Shown: one piece after another, positions 49,921-59,423 of the stretch
Position numbering within the stretch: position 1 is the first letter of the stretch
Layout: the number at the start of each line of letters is the position of its first letter
DNA from: Acidimicrobiia bacterium
Lineage (GTDB): Bacteria; Actinomycetota; Acidimicrobiia; Spongiisociales; ZC4RG35
Assembly: GCA_965215185.1 (NCBI GenBank)
Contig: OZ244034.1
Location: 544,001-608,000 of the forward strand
Direction of reading: 5' to 3'
Length of the DNA: 64,000 bases
Position numbers and translations under genes: made by a program
The notes under the pieces: generated by a model
Told to the model about the DNA's origin: nothing
The model's input: only the letters and a program-made list of their open reading frames with translations
Databases searched by the model: none

Positions 49921-50385
49921 TTAGAAGGGGTGCTGATCGGGAGGTCGGGTGGGAGGGGGCCCAAGCCTTTTGTAACTGTGCGGGGGGAAAAGCAAACGGT
50001 ACATGTTGCTGGCGCGGATTGGTCCGAAGTTGCGGGAATCATCTCGGGTCAGAGAGCGCTGGTCGGAGAGGACGAACAACATTCTCAGAGGCACTGCCCA
50101 CTCTCCGTCGGGCGCCGACCATCCGCGACCCCACTCGTCCAGACCGGGTTGCCCGTTAACAAGCACTTCTCCGGTTTCGATATTAATGCGCTCTTCGCCG
50201 AGCCCCACCACCCGTTTGACCAGCCAGAATCCAGATCGACGAGGATGGGGGAAAGCCACCACCGTTCCTCGTCTGGGAGGTTTCTTATTGTTGGTGCGCC
50301 ACCCGATGAACCGGTCACCATCCCGCAGGGCAGGGCTCATGGAGGAGCCCGAGACCACGAACGACCTGAATCCGAGTCTGCCCAT
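49921..50385 (-). CDS. sodX: S26 peptidase, NiSOD maturation protease-like
   Basis: GSSMSPAL, LVKR, DSRNFG; no TM helix; divergent from sodN. Confidence 0.8.
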   Translation of the reverse strand: MGRLGFRSFVVSGSSMSPALRDGDRFIGWRTNNKKPPRRGTVVAFPHPRRSGFWLVKRVVGLGEERINIETGEVLVNGQPGLDEWGRGWSAPDGEWAVPLRMLFVLSDQRSLTRDDSRNFGPIRASNMYRLLFPPHSYKRLGPPPTRPPDQHPF

Positions 50386-50439
50386 TTCCGCTATTCTGGC
50401 GAGAACAGGATTTATTTTTTCCCCAGAGAGGAGAAGCCT

Positions 50440-50856
50440 ATGGCCCTTTTCAGGCCAGCAACCGTTGTCCATGCTCACTGCGATCTTTTTTGTGGAGTTT
50501 ATGACCCCGCCCAAGCCATGATTGAAGCGCGCTCGGTGCTCAACGCCTGCACCAAGTACGCCGGTTCCGAGGATCCGGTGTTCCAGAAGAGGTGCATACT
50601 CATCAAGGAGCAGCAGGCTGAGTTGGTGAAGCACCATCTCACGGTTTTGTGGTCGGACTTTTTCAAGCCCCACCATGCGGAGCGCTTTCCACAATTGCAT
50701 GATCTTTTCTGGCGGGCGCTCAAAGCCGCCGGTGATGCCAAGAAGTCAATGGATCCGGCCGTCTCCCAGGGCCTTTTGGATCTAATCGGCGAGATCTCCG
50801 ATATCTTCTGGCAGACCGACGAATCGCAGGCCGCAGGGGTGTATCCACCTTCCTAG
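50440..50856 (+). CDS. sodN: Nickel superoxide dismutase precursor
   Basis: 12-aa leader then HCDLFCGVYDPAQA, IKEQ, LWSDFFKP, IFWQT. Confidence 0.93.
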   Translation: MALFRPATVVHAHCDLFCGVYDPAQAMIEARSVLNACTKYAGSEDPVFQKRCILIKEQQAELVKHHLTVLWSDFFKPHHAERFPQLHDLFWRALKAAGDAKKSMDPAVSQGLLDLIGEISDIFWQTDESQAAGVYPPS

Positions 50857-50874
50857 CCGGGTAACCCTCTTGAG

Positions 50875-52539
50875 CTAGTCGAGCAGGTCTTCGTCCAGCT
50901 TGGCGAACAGTGGCTGGGGAGCTTGGAGTGTGGCGTCGGCGAGCGGAGATCGCTTCCATCCGCCGTCTGTCAGGGACCCTGGTTGCCCCAGCATGTCGTG
51001 GAGCTTTTCGCAGGAGAAGGGCAAGTAGGGGGAGAACCCCACCATCAGTCCCTTGATGGCTGAAAGGGCAGTATGGAGCACCGTCTGCGCCCGTTCGGGG
51101 TCATGACGCCGCAAGAGCCAGGGAGCTTGGGCGTTCAGGTAGATATTGACTGACTGAGCGCCTTCCATGGCTTGGCGCAGGCCGGCCCGTAGTTCGACCC
51201 GCTCCAGCATCTGGCCCGCCTTCAGCAATCCGGCGTCAATCTCCCTCAGAAGTTCCCGGTCATCTGGGGAGGGGGACTGGCGGGCAGGCATCCTGCCCGC
51301 ATACCAACTGTGGGTCATGGAGAGCACCCGATGCACCAGGTTGCCCCAGGTCGCCACCAGTTCATCGTTCACCCGCCGGATGAGTTCGGAATCGGAAAAG
51401 TCGGTGTCGTTCTGTTCGGGCAACGCCGATCCCAGCGCGTACCGCAGGGCGTCTGCCTGGATGCGGTCGGCATACCATCCGACCGATCGGCCTATTCCCC
51501 GACTGCTGGAGGCCTTCTCCTGACGGAAAGTCACGTATTGGTTGGCGGGAACATCGGTAGGGAGGTTGAGTCCTCCGTATCCCATCAGCATGGCTGGCCA
51601 GATCACCGCGTGAAAAGGTATGTTGTCCTTTCCGATGAAGTAGTACGACTCGGCCTCCGGGTCCTCCCACCAGCGTTTCCACTCCTCAGGGGTTCCTTGG
51701 ATTTGCGCCCACTCCTTGGCGGCCGACAGGTAGCCGATCACGGCGTCGAACCACACGTAGATGCGCTTTCCCTCTCCCAATTGGTCGGCGGGAGGGGGAA
51801 GGGGCACTCCCCAAAGAAGATCGCGGGTTATGGCACGTTGGGGAAGTCCCTCGTTAACCATCCCCATCGCCCAATTCTTCACGTGACGCCGCCATCCCTC
51901 TCTCGTGGACAGCCACTCGGACAGGCGATCCTGGAAAGCGTCCAACCTCAGAAAGAAGTGCTTGGTCTCTCGTGTGACCGGCGTGGCGTCCGACATCCTG
52001 CTGCGCGGCTTGATCAGTTCGATGGCGTCGAGAGTCCTCCCACAGTTGTCGCACTGGTCTCCCCGGGCATCCTGGTAGCCACAGTTCGGGCAGGTTCCTT
52101 CTACATACCGGTCGGGGAGAAACCGTTTCGCCTTGGGGTCGAACAATTGAGTGGAACCGCCCTCGGTGATGTAACCCTTCTCCAGCAAACGGGAGAAGAC
52201 ATCCTGTGTGACTGCATGATGGTTGGGGGTGCCGGTGGACGTATACAGGTCCCAGGAGATACCCAACTTCTCCCAATCGGTCAGGAATTCGGCGTGGTAT
52301 CGGTCAACGATCGCCTGAGGTTCCACCCCTGCCTGGTCGGCCAGCACAGTTATGGGGGTTCCGTGCACGTCGCTGCCGGAGACCATGAGCACCCGATTGC
52401 CTGCTATGCGGTGATAACGGGCGAAGATGTCGGCGGGGAGATAGGCGCCGGCGAGATGTCCCAGGTGACGGGAACCGGCCGCATACGGCCAAGCCACCGC
52501 CACCAGGATATGACGTGGAGAGTTCACTGGTGCTGGCAT
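50875..52539 (-). CDS. metG: Methionine--tRNA ligase
   Basis: AWPY, HLGH, CPNC...CDNC, YVWFDA, GKDNIPFH. Confidence 0.97.
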   Translation of the reverse strand: MPAPVNSPRHILVAVAWPYAAGSRHLGHLAGAYLPADIFARYHRIAGNRVLMVSGSDVHGTPITVLADQAGVEPQAIVDRYHAEFLTDWEKLGISWDLYTSTGTPNHHAVTQDVFSRLLEKGYITEGGSTQLFDPKAKRFLPDRYVEGTCPNCGYQDARGDQCDNCGRTLDAIELIKPRSRMSDATPVTRETKHFFLRLDAFQDRLSEWLSTREGWRRHVKNWAMGMVNEGLPQRAITRDLLWGVPLPPPADQLGEGKRIYVWFDAVIGYLSAAKEWAQIQGTPEEWKRWWEDPEAESYYFIGKDNIPFHAVIWPAMLMGYGGLNLPTDVPANQYVTFRQEKASSSRGIGRSVGWYADRIQADALRYALGSALPEQNDTDFSDSELIRRVNDELVATWGNLVHRVLSMTHSWYAGRMPARQSPSPDDRELLREIDAGLLKAGQMLERVELRAGLRQAMEGAQSVNIYLNAQAPWLLRRHDPERAQTVLHTALSAIKGLMVGFSPYLPFSCEKLHDMLGQPGSLTDGGWKRSPLADATLQAPQPLFAKLDEDLLD

Positions 52540-52540
52540 T

Positions 52541-53539
52541 TTACCGTGACGAGGACTGGTCGGCCGCTGCCTTCCGACGGTCATCCTGTCGGTCGGGGCG
52601 ATCGCTTACCGCTATTCCAATGCCGATCGCAACGATTCCAATCACCAGTTGCAGGGTGACCGGCTCCGACAAGAGCACCACACCCAACGTCGCGCCCAGC
52701 AGAGGCGAGATATAGCCGGTAAGAGCCGCTCTGGCGGCGGTGGTGATCCGGGAGGCCCACATAAACGCTGCGAACGAAACGGCGGTGGGCACCGCCCCCA
52801 GATAGATGATAAGCCACAATCCGGTGGCGTCGATGGTGAGGTAGCCTTGGTAGCCCCCGAAGGGAATTGAGAGCAAGCAGAGGATCACGGCGGAAGTCAG
52901 ATACTGAGAAACTATCAGCGGAGCATTGCGGTGTCGGACCGCGTAGCGGCGAGTCAGCGCCCCACCCAAACCCGCTGATACCGCCCCGACCGTCATCAGG
53001 ATGACTCCCACGAGCCAACTAGATGAGGGTTGCCCCACCGGAGCCCAGCCCATGACTCCGATACCGAAGACCGCGATCATCAGGCCGGGCAACCGGGCAA
53101 TCGTGAACCTCTCTCCCGGCACCACCCAGTGGGTCAAAAGAATGGAGGCCAGGGGGATGATTCCTACGATCACCGATCCTATGCTGGCCGGAATCACCTG
53201 GAATCCCAGAGTGAAGAGGATGGTGGGAATGGTCATGTTGAATATGCCGATGGCCGCGCCGGCCTTGACCGTTGCTCGGTCCATAGTGAGATTGCGTCTG
53301 GTCAGTGCCAGGGTGCCGATGATTACAGAAGTTCCCACCAGCTGTTTGAGGGGAAAGATGGTAAAGGGACTCACGCCAAGCAACAGAATCGCCCGATTGG
53401 AAGCCGGCGCGCTTCCCCAGGCCAGAGCGGCGATGGCGATGGGGATCCAAGGGTTGCGGGTGATGGCCTGCAACCGCCCGCCCTCGCCGGATGCCGCCTG
53501 ACCAGCATCTGCGGGGATTGGGGTTTTGTGCCCGAACAT
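52541..53539 (-). CDS. DMT/EamA family transporter, paralogue 1
   Basis: About 10 TM helices, AWGS, ER and EP loop motifs. Confidence 0.9.
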   Translation of the reverse strand: MFGHKTPIPADAGQAASGEGGRLQAITRNPWIPIAIAALAWGSAPASNRAILLLGVSPFTIFPLKQLVGTSVIIGTLALTRRNLTMDRATVKAGAAIGIFNMTIPTILFTLGFQVIPASIGSVIVGIIPLASILLTHWVVPGERFTIARLPGLMIAVFGIGVMGWAPVGQPSSSWLVGVILMTVGAVSAGLGGALTRRYAVRHRNAPLIVSQYLTSAVILCLLSIPFGGYQGYLTIDATGLWLIIYLGAVPTAVSFAAFMWASRITTAARAALTGYISPLLGATLGVVLLSEPVTLQLVIGIVAIGIGIAVSDRPDRQDDRRKAAADQSSSR

Positions 53540-53702
53540 GGGGTGGCGAATCCTCCAGATCTAGAGTGGTCGGCAGGTAGCGGTGAGATTCTATGGTGAC
53601 GTGTCGGGTGAAGAACTCACTGGGAAGGTGAAAGTGGGAGGCAGGTGAGGGCTCTACGCTCCCGTTCTGCTAGCCACTGGGGTGACCCCTTTTCCGATCA
53701 CT

Positions 53703-54701
53703 TTAGCAAGAGGGGGCTTTTTGTACAGTGGCTCTTCGGCGGTCGTCCTGCCGGTCGGGGCGGTCACTAACCACGATGCCGATTGCCACTGCCGTCAATC
53801 CTACGATCAATTGGAGCGTGATCGGTTCGGATAGAAGCGCCACCCCTCCTATTGCTCCAAAAACCGGCACCAGATATCCGGTGAGGGCGGCGCGGGCAGC
53901 GGTGGCGATTCGGGAGGCCCACATGAAAGCAGCGAAGGAGACGACGGTTGGTACTGCTCCCAGATACACGATCAGCCACAGGCTGGTGGTATCGATCGTG
54001 AAATAGCCGGCATAGCCGTCGAAGGGGATCGATATGACGCACAAGAGCACCGTGGAGGTGATGAACTGGGAGGCAATCAACTGTCTGTTCGAGTGACGGA
54101 CCGCGTAGCGGCGGGTGTAGGCCCCTCCCAACCCGGCAAAGGCGGCCCCTAGGGTGGTTATGGCCACCCCAAGTACCCATCGGGAGGAGGCTTGGCCGGC
54201 CGGTGCCCATGCCATGATTCCCACTCCGAGTATCGCCACGAAAAGGCCCGGCAGCCTGCCGATCCGGAAGCGTTCTCCTGGCACTACCCAATGAGTGAAG
54301 AGGATGGTTACCAGGGGGATGATCCCCACGATCACCGCCCCGATACTGGCTGGGATTATCTGGAACCCCAGAGTGAAGAGAATGGTGGGAATGGTCATGT
54401 TGAATATGCCGATGACGGCGCCGGCCTTGAAGGATTGGAAGTCGAATCTCGGCAGGCGTCTGACCAGAGCCAAGGCTCCGATCATCACTACGGCCGCGAC
54501 CACCTGCTTGAGGGGGAAGATGGTGAAGGGGTTCACCCCTTTCAACAGGATTACCCGATTGGCAGCGGGAGCGCTGCCCCAGGCAAGCGATGCGATGAGG
54601 ATCGGTATCCAGGGATTGTGGGTAACGGTCTGCCACCGGCCTCCCTCTCCGAACCTGCTTTGAGGAATACACTTTACAATCGGAGTCTTATGGCCAAACA
54701 T
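53703..54701 (-). CDS. DMT/EamA family transporter, paralogue 2
   Basis: Same length (332 aa) and colinear with paralogue 1. Confidence 0.9.
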   Translation of the reverse strand: MFGHKTPIVKCIPQSRFGEGGRWQTVTHNPWIPILIASLAWGSAPAANRVILLKGVNPFTIFPLKQVVAAVVMIGALALVRRLPRFDFQSFKAGAVIGIFNMTIPTILFTLGFQIIPASIGAVIVGIIPLVTILFTHWVVPGERFRIGRLPGLFVAILGVGIMAWAPAGQASSRWVLGVAITTLGAAFAGLGGAYTRRYAVRHSNRQLIASQFITSTVLLCVISIPFDGYAGYFTIDTTSLWLIVYLGAVPTVVSFAAFMWASRIATAARAALTGYLVPVFGAIGGVALLSEPITLQLIVGLTAVAIGIVVSDRPDRQDDRRRATVQKAPSC

Positions 54702-55649
54702 GCGGTGGCTCTTTCTCCGGAACGGGGGTGGGCCGATTTGTCAGAGCGGGAGTTCCGGTCTTTCATAACGTCGGTGCGGCCCACCGACGAGGTGATGGTG
54801 GAGGAGCGGGTTGCGGCGCTTGCGACCCGCTCCATAAAGCGGGAAGCCAAGATGTGGGCTTTGCGGGCGGCGATAGCCATGACTGACTTGACCACCCTGG
54901 AGGGGATGGACACCATTGAAAAGGTAAGACAACTGTCCTATAAGGCTATCAGACCCGACCCGATGGATACCTCGATTCCTTCGGTGGCTGCGGTGTGCGT
55001 CTATCCCAATCTCGTGGAAACGGTGGCCGAGGAACTGCGAGGGAGTACGGTGCGGGTGGCGTCGGTCGCCACCTACTTTCCTTCTGGTCAGGCTCCGCTC
55101 GAACTGAAGGTCGCCGAAACGAGGCGGGTGGTGTCGGACGGGGCCGACGAGGTGGATATGGTTATCGACCGGGGGTCTTTTCTGAGTGGAGACTATGTGA
55201 AAGTCTTCGCCGAGGTGGCGGCCGTCCAAGAGGCGTCGGGGGCAGCCTGTCTGAAGGTGATCCTCGAGACTGGCGAATTGGGCTCCTACGACAATATTCG
55301 GCGAGCATCGATGTTGGCCATGGCGGCGGGCGCCGACTTTATCAAGACTTCCACCGGGAAAATCCAGCCTGCTGCCACCCTGCCGGTTACCTTGGTGATG
55401 TTGGAGGCGATTAGGGATTTTCACGTTATGACCGGACGAGCAGTGGGAATGAAACCCGCCGGAGGGATCAGCACCTCCAAACAAGCCATCAAGTGGCTGG
55501 TGTTACTGAACGAGACTCTCGGTTTGGAGTGGATGACTCCCGAACGCTTCCGGTTCGGCGCCTCCTCATTGGTCAATGACCTGCTTATGCAAATCAGGTG
55601 GATGAAGACCGGGCGTTATCAGTCGGCCGACTATTTCACCAGGGCCTAA
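54690..55649 (+). CDS. deoC: Deoxyribose-phosphate aldolase (start 54690 or 54705)
   Basis: DLTTLEG, AAVCVYP, FPSG, LKVILETGEL, DFIKTSTGK, RFGASS. Confidence 0.95.
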   Translation: MAKHAVALSPERGWADLSEREFRSFITSVRPTDEVMVEERVAALATRSIKREAKMWALRAAIAMTDLTTLEGMDTIEKVRQLSYKAIRPDPMDTSIPSVAAVCVYPNLVETVAEELRGSTVRVASVATYFPSGQAPLELKVAETRRVVSDGADEVDMVIDRGSFLSGDYVKVFAEVAAVQEASGAACLKVILETGELGSYDNIRRASMLAMAAGADFIKTSTGKIQPAATLPVTLVMLEAIRDFHVMTGRAVGMKPAGGISTSKQAIKWLVLLNETLGLEWMTPERFRFGASSLVNDLLMQIRWMKTGRYQSADYFTRA

Positions 55650-55654
55650 AGAAA

Positions 55655-57124
55655 GTGAATATCCGTGATCCTCTGACCCCCGGTGTTCCCAGGTGGGAAT
55701 ACGAGAGGTCTCGAGAGAATCCCGATCTGGCCGCCATCCGCCCCAGCTATGGGTTGTGGATCGGGGGCCAAGAGGTGGAGCCACTTTCGGAGAAGTGGTT
55801 CGCCACCATTGAGCCGGCCACCGAGGAGCATCTGGCCACCGTGGCGGAGGCGGGGCCAGCCGACATTGACCGGGCAGTAGAGGCGGCGAGATCAGCGGCG
55901 CCCGCTTGGGCGGCCCTGCCCGCGGTGGACCGGGCCAAGTTCCTGTTCCGTATCGCCCGGCTGATCCAGGAACGTAGCCGGGAATTGGCGGTGTTAGACA
56001 CCAGGGACGGGGGCAAGCCCATCCGCGAGGCGCGGGATGTGGACCTTCCCCTGGTAGCTGCCCACTTCTTCTACCACGCCGGCTGGGCTGACAAACTGGA
56101 ATATGCCTTTGTGGGGGTTCAACCGAGACCGCTGGGGGTGGTGGGACAGGTGATACCCTGGAATTTCCCCCTGTTGATGGCGGCCTGGAAGATAGCCCCA
56201 GCTCTAGCCACGGGTAACACGGTGGTGCTCAAACCGGCTGAGACCACCCCGCTTTCGGCGCTGCGACTGGCGGAACTGGCCACCGAGGCCGGGTTGCCTC
56301 CTGGTGTGCTGAATGTGGTTCCGGGGGCGGGGAGAACCGGGGCGGAATTGGTGGGTCATCCGGGAGTGGACAAGGTGGCATTCACCGGCTCCACCGAAGT
56401 GGGAAAGGAGATACGAAGGCGTTTGGGGGGCTCGGGAACGTCGCTCACCCTCGAATTGGGCGGAAAAGGCGCTCATGTGGTGTTTGAGGACGCTCCCTTG
56501 GACCAAGCCGTGGAAGGGGTGGTGAACGGCATCTTCTTCAATCAGGGTCAGGTGTGCTGTGCGGGAAGCAGGCTGTTGGTGCAGGAGTCCATCGCCTCGG
56601 AATTCGTGGAGTTGCTTCGGCGTCGTCTTTCCACTCTGCGGGTGGGGGATCCGCTGGACAAGAACACCGACATCGGAGCGATCAACTCGGCGGCCCAGTT
56701 GCGCAAGATCACCGAATTGGTGGAGTCCGGCCAGCAAGAGGGTGCGGTGATCTACCAGCCTCCATGCCAACTGCCGGAACGGGGATTCTGGTACCCTCCC
56801 ACCCTCTTCACCGGGGTGTCTCAGTCACACCGCATCGCCCAGGAGGAGATCTTCGGTCCGGTGTTGTCGATACTGACCTTCCGGACTCCTGCCGAGGCGG
56901 TGGAGCGAGCCAACAACACCCCCTATGGTTTGGCGGCCGGGGTGTGGACCGCCAAGGGATCTCGCATACTGTGGATGGCCGACCGGCTGGCGGCCGGGGT
57001 GGTGTGGGCCAACACCTACAACAAATTCGACCCGGCTTCTCCGTTCGGAGGGGTGAAGGAGTCCGGGTTTGGGCGGGAGGGTGGTCGCCATGGCCTGGCG
57101 GGCTATCTGAAGGGAGTCGAGTGA
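55655..57124 (+). CDS. Aldehyde dehydrogenase
   Basis: PWNFP, FTGST, ELGGK, QGQVC, EEIFGP, PFGGVKESG. Confidence 0.95.
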   Translation: MNIRDPLTPGVPRWEYERSRENPDLAAIRPSYGLWIGGQEVEPLSEKWFATIEPATEEHLATVAEAGPADIDRAVEAARSAAPAWAALPAVDRAKFLFRIARLIQERSRELAVLDTRDGGKPIREARDVDLPLVAAHFFYHAGWADKLEYAFVGVQPRPLGVVGQVIPWNFPLLMAAWKIAPALATGNTVVLKPAETTPLSALRLAELATEAGLPPGVLNVVPGAGRTGAELVGHPGVDKVAFTGSTEVGKEIRRRLGGSGTSLTLELGGKGAHVVFEDAPLDQAVEGVVNGIFFNQGQVCCAGSRLLVQESIASEFVELLRRRLSTLRVGDPLDKNTDIGAINSAAQLRKITELVESGQQEGAVIYQPPCQLPERGFWYPPTLFTGVSQSHRIAQEEIFGPVLSILTFRTPAEAVERANNTPYGLAAGVWTAKGSRILWMADRLAAGVVWANTYNKFDPASPFGGVKESGFGREGGRHGLAGYLKGVE

Positions 57125-57967
57125 GTGGGTGAACGGGTAGGGGTCCGCAAGACCTACAAGCTGTATATCGACGGGAAATTCCCCCGCTCCGAGTCGGGAC
57201 GCACCTTCCCATTCGAGTCACGGGACCACTCGGTGGCAGTTCATCTCTCCCGGGCTTCCCGCAAGGATTTGCGAATGGCGGTACGAGCCGCCCGAGGAGC
57301 CTTGACGGGATGGAAGGAACGCTCGGGCTACAACCGGGGCCAGATCATGTACCGGATCGCCGAAATGGTCGAAGATCGCGCCGAGACCTTCGTCGCTCAG
57401 TTGGCGCTGAGTGGATCCCTGGAAGCGGCCCGCCGAGAAGTTGAGGAGGCGATCGATCTCTTGATCTGGTATGCGGGTTGGTGTGATAAGTACATACAGG
57501 TGATCGGGAATATGAACCCGGTGGCAGGGCCGTTCTTCAATATCTCTACGCCCGAGCCGGTGGGAGTGGTGGGGGTCCTGTCCTCCCCTGCGCCCGCTCT
57601 GCTGGGCTTAGTCGGAGGGCTCTCCCCGGTCATGGTGAGTGGGAACACCGCGGTGGTGGTGGCTTCCCCTTCCCAGCCCCTGACCGCGGTCACCTTTGCG
57701 GAGGCCCTCGCAACCGCCGATGTACCGGCGGGGGTGGTGAACATCCTCACCGGTTCCTCAACCGAGCTCGCTCCCTGGCTGGCAGGCCATATGGACGTCA
57801 ACGCCCTCGATCTGTCGGGCGCTGCTTCAGAGATGACCGCCGGTCTGGAGGAGGCGTCTTCTCACAACTTGAAGCGTGTCGGTAGCTGGAAGAAGGCTGA
57901 TCCAAATCTCTACAGGATCGCGGCTTTCACCGAGATCAAGACGGTCTGGCACCCCAAAGGCCGCTAA
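57125..57967 (+). CDS. Short aldehyde dehydrogenase-like protein lacking the catalytic domain
   Basis: KLYIDGKFPRSESGR, EPVGVVG, PAGVVNILTG, EIKTVWHP; no ELGG or catalytic Cys. Confidence 0.88.
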   Translation: MGERVGVRKTYKLYIDGKFPRSESGRTFPFESRDHSVAVHLSRASRKDLRMAVRAARGALTGWKERSGYNRGQIMYRIAEMVEDRAETFVAQLALSGSLEAARREVEEAIDLLIWYAGWCDKYIQVIGNMNPVAGPFFNISTPEPVGVVGVLSSPAPALLGLVGGLSPVMVSGNTAVVVASPSQPLTAVTFAEALATADVPAGVVNILTGSSTELAPWLAGHMDVNALDLSGAASEMTAGLEEASSHNLKRVGSWKKADPNLYRIAAFTEIKTVWHPKGR

Positions 57968-57983
57968 AGGGCTGGAGAGCGAC

Positions 57984-58030
57984 TTCCCTTACGACCCCGT
58001 TCGGAGGGGAAAACTTTCCCGGCTTGGGAA
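57984..58030 (+). terminator. Possible hairpins ending the deoC-ALDH operon
   Basis: TTCCCTT...GAGGGGAA and TTCCC-GGCTT-GGGAA inverted repeats. Confidence 0.35.
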
Positions 58031-58063
58031 GAAGAAGACCTGACAGGCAACGCTACGACGGAG

Positions 58064-58681
58064 GTGACTTCCGGGGATATCACTTTTGAGGGTCGCTCTT
58101 TGTTGGGACTGGACCCAAACCGGGTGACCTATCGGGGTATCGCCCGCACGTTTCAGAACGTGCGACTATTCGCCAATATGACGGTGCTCGAGAACGTGAT
58201 GGTTGCCCAGCACTGTCGGACGAAACAGGGCGCCTTCGCGGCACTGTTTTACACCAAGGCCTCTCGACGTGAGGAAGCTGAGATACAAGCCCACGCCAAA
58301 GTAGTCCTCAGTTGCTTCGGTCCCCGTCTCATGGGATTCCGTCTCGACCAGCCGGCTTCGATGCTGTCGTATGCCAATCGGCGTCGCCTGGAGATAGCCC
58401 GTGCCATGGCCACGCATCCCAAGCTGTTGCTGCTCGACGAGCCGGCGGCGGGAATGAATCCCATGGAGTCGGCTGAACTGACCAGGCTGATCGGCAAGCT
58501 TCGCGATGAATGGGATTTCACTATTGTCGTTATCGAGCACGATATGGCGGTGGTGCGCGAAGTGTCCGACCGGGTGATTGTGCTTGATAACGGCAACAAG
58601 ATCGCCGACGGCGCCTATCGCGAGGTAGCCTCCGATCCCCGCGTGATAGAGGCCTATCTCGGCCACGGGGCGGCGTCATGA
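58064..58681 (+). pseudogene. livG: 5'-truncated LivG-type ABC ATPase
   Basis: ARTFQNVRLF, LSYANRRRLEIARA, DEPAAG, IEHD, EAYLG present; Walker A absent upstream. Confidence 0.75.
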
Positions 58682-59409
58682 AAGCCGACTCCCCTTTGTT
58701 GGAGATGCGATCGGTGAACGCTCACTACGGAGCTGTACACGCGCTGCGCGATGTGAATCTGGCCATTTTCGAAGGCGAATTGGTCTGTTTGCTGGGAGGC
58801 AACGCCAGCGGCAAGTCCACCACCCTCAAGACGCTGCTCGGTATGATCACTCCCACCTCTGGGGAGGTGCTGCTCGCCGGCGAAGTGGTCAACGATAAGC
58901 CCACCAGCTACCGGGTGAGGAAGGGCGTCACCATGGTTCCGGAGAACCGCCGCCTGTTCAAGCGCCTCAGCGTGAAAGACAATCTCGAGTTGGGCGCCTA
59001 CCTCCGCAAGGACACCGAACAGATCGGCGCCGATATGGAACGCGTGTTCAAGTTGTTCCCCCGTGTTAAGGAGCGGCTGAGCCAAAAGGCAGGTACTCTC
59101 TCCGGCGGTGAACAGCAGATGGTGGCCATGGGCCGGGCGCTGATGGCCGGACCGCGGGTACTGTTGATGGACGAGCCGTCGATGGGTCTTGCTCCGGCTT
59201 TGGTGCAGCAAAACTTTGAGTTGATTGAACAAATTCACGAGGCGGGTATGACGGTGTTCATGGTGGAGCAGAACGCCAACATGGCACTCGCCATCGCCGA
59301 CCGGGGCTGGGTGCTGCAAACCGGGCGTGTGATACTGGACGACACGGCCGAAAACCTATTGGCTCACCCCGACCTGCGCGCTTCCTACCTTGGTGATGGA
59401 GCCTCATAA
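58678..59409 (+). CDS. livF: LivF-type branched-chain amino acid ABC ATPase
   Basis: GGNASGKST, LSGGEQQM, DEPSMGLAP, VEQN. Confidence 0.92.
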   Translation: MKADSPLLEMRSVNAHYGAVHALRDVNLAIFEGELVCLLGGNASGKSTTLKTLLGMITPTSGEVLLAGEVVNDKPTSYRVRKGVTMVPENRRLFKRLSVKDNLELGAYLRKDTEQIGADMERVFKLFPRVKERLSQKAGTLSGGEQQMVAMGRALMAGPRVLLMDEPSMGLAPALVQQNFELIEQIHEAGMTVFMVEQNANMALAIADRGWVLQTGRVILDDTAENLLAHPDLRASYLGDGAS

Positions 59410-59423
59410 CGGCTGGCCGAGGT

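Noticed and set aside
49744-50439. Long N-terminal extension of SodN in the ORF track
   Set aside because: It is antisense to sodX; an SD and ATG at 50440 give the normal short leader
51310-52659. 449-aa ORF antisense to metG, and similar long shadow ORFs opposite thrS, dapF and the DMT genes
   Set aside because: Expected from high-GC codon bias on the opposite strand; no recognisable motifs
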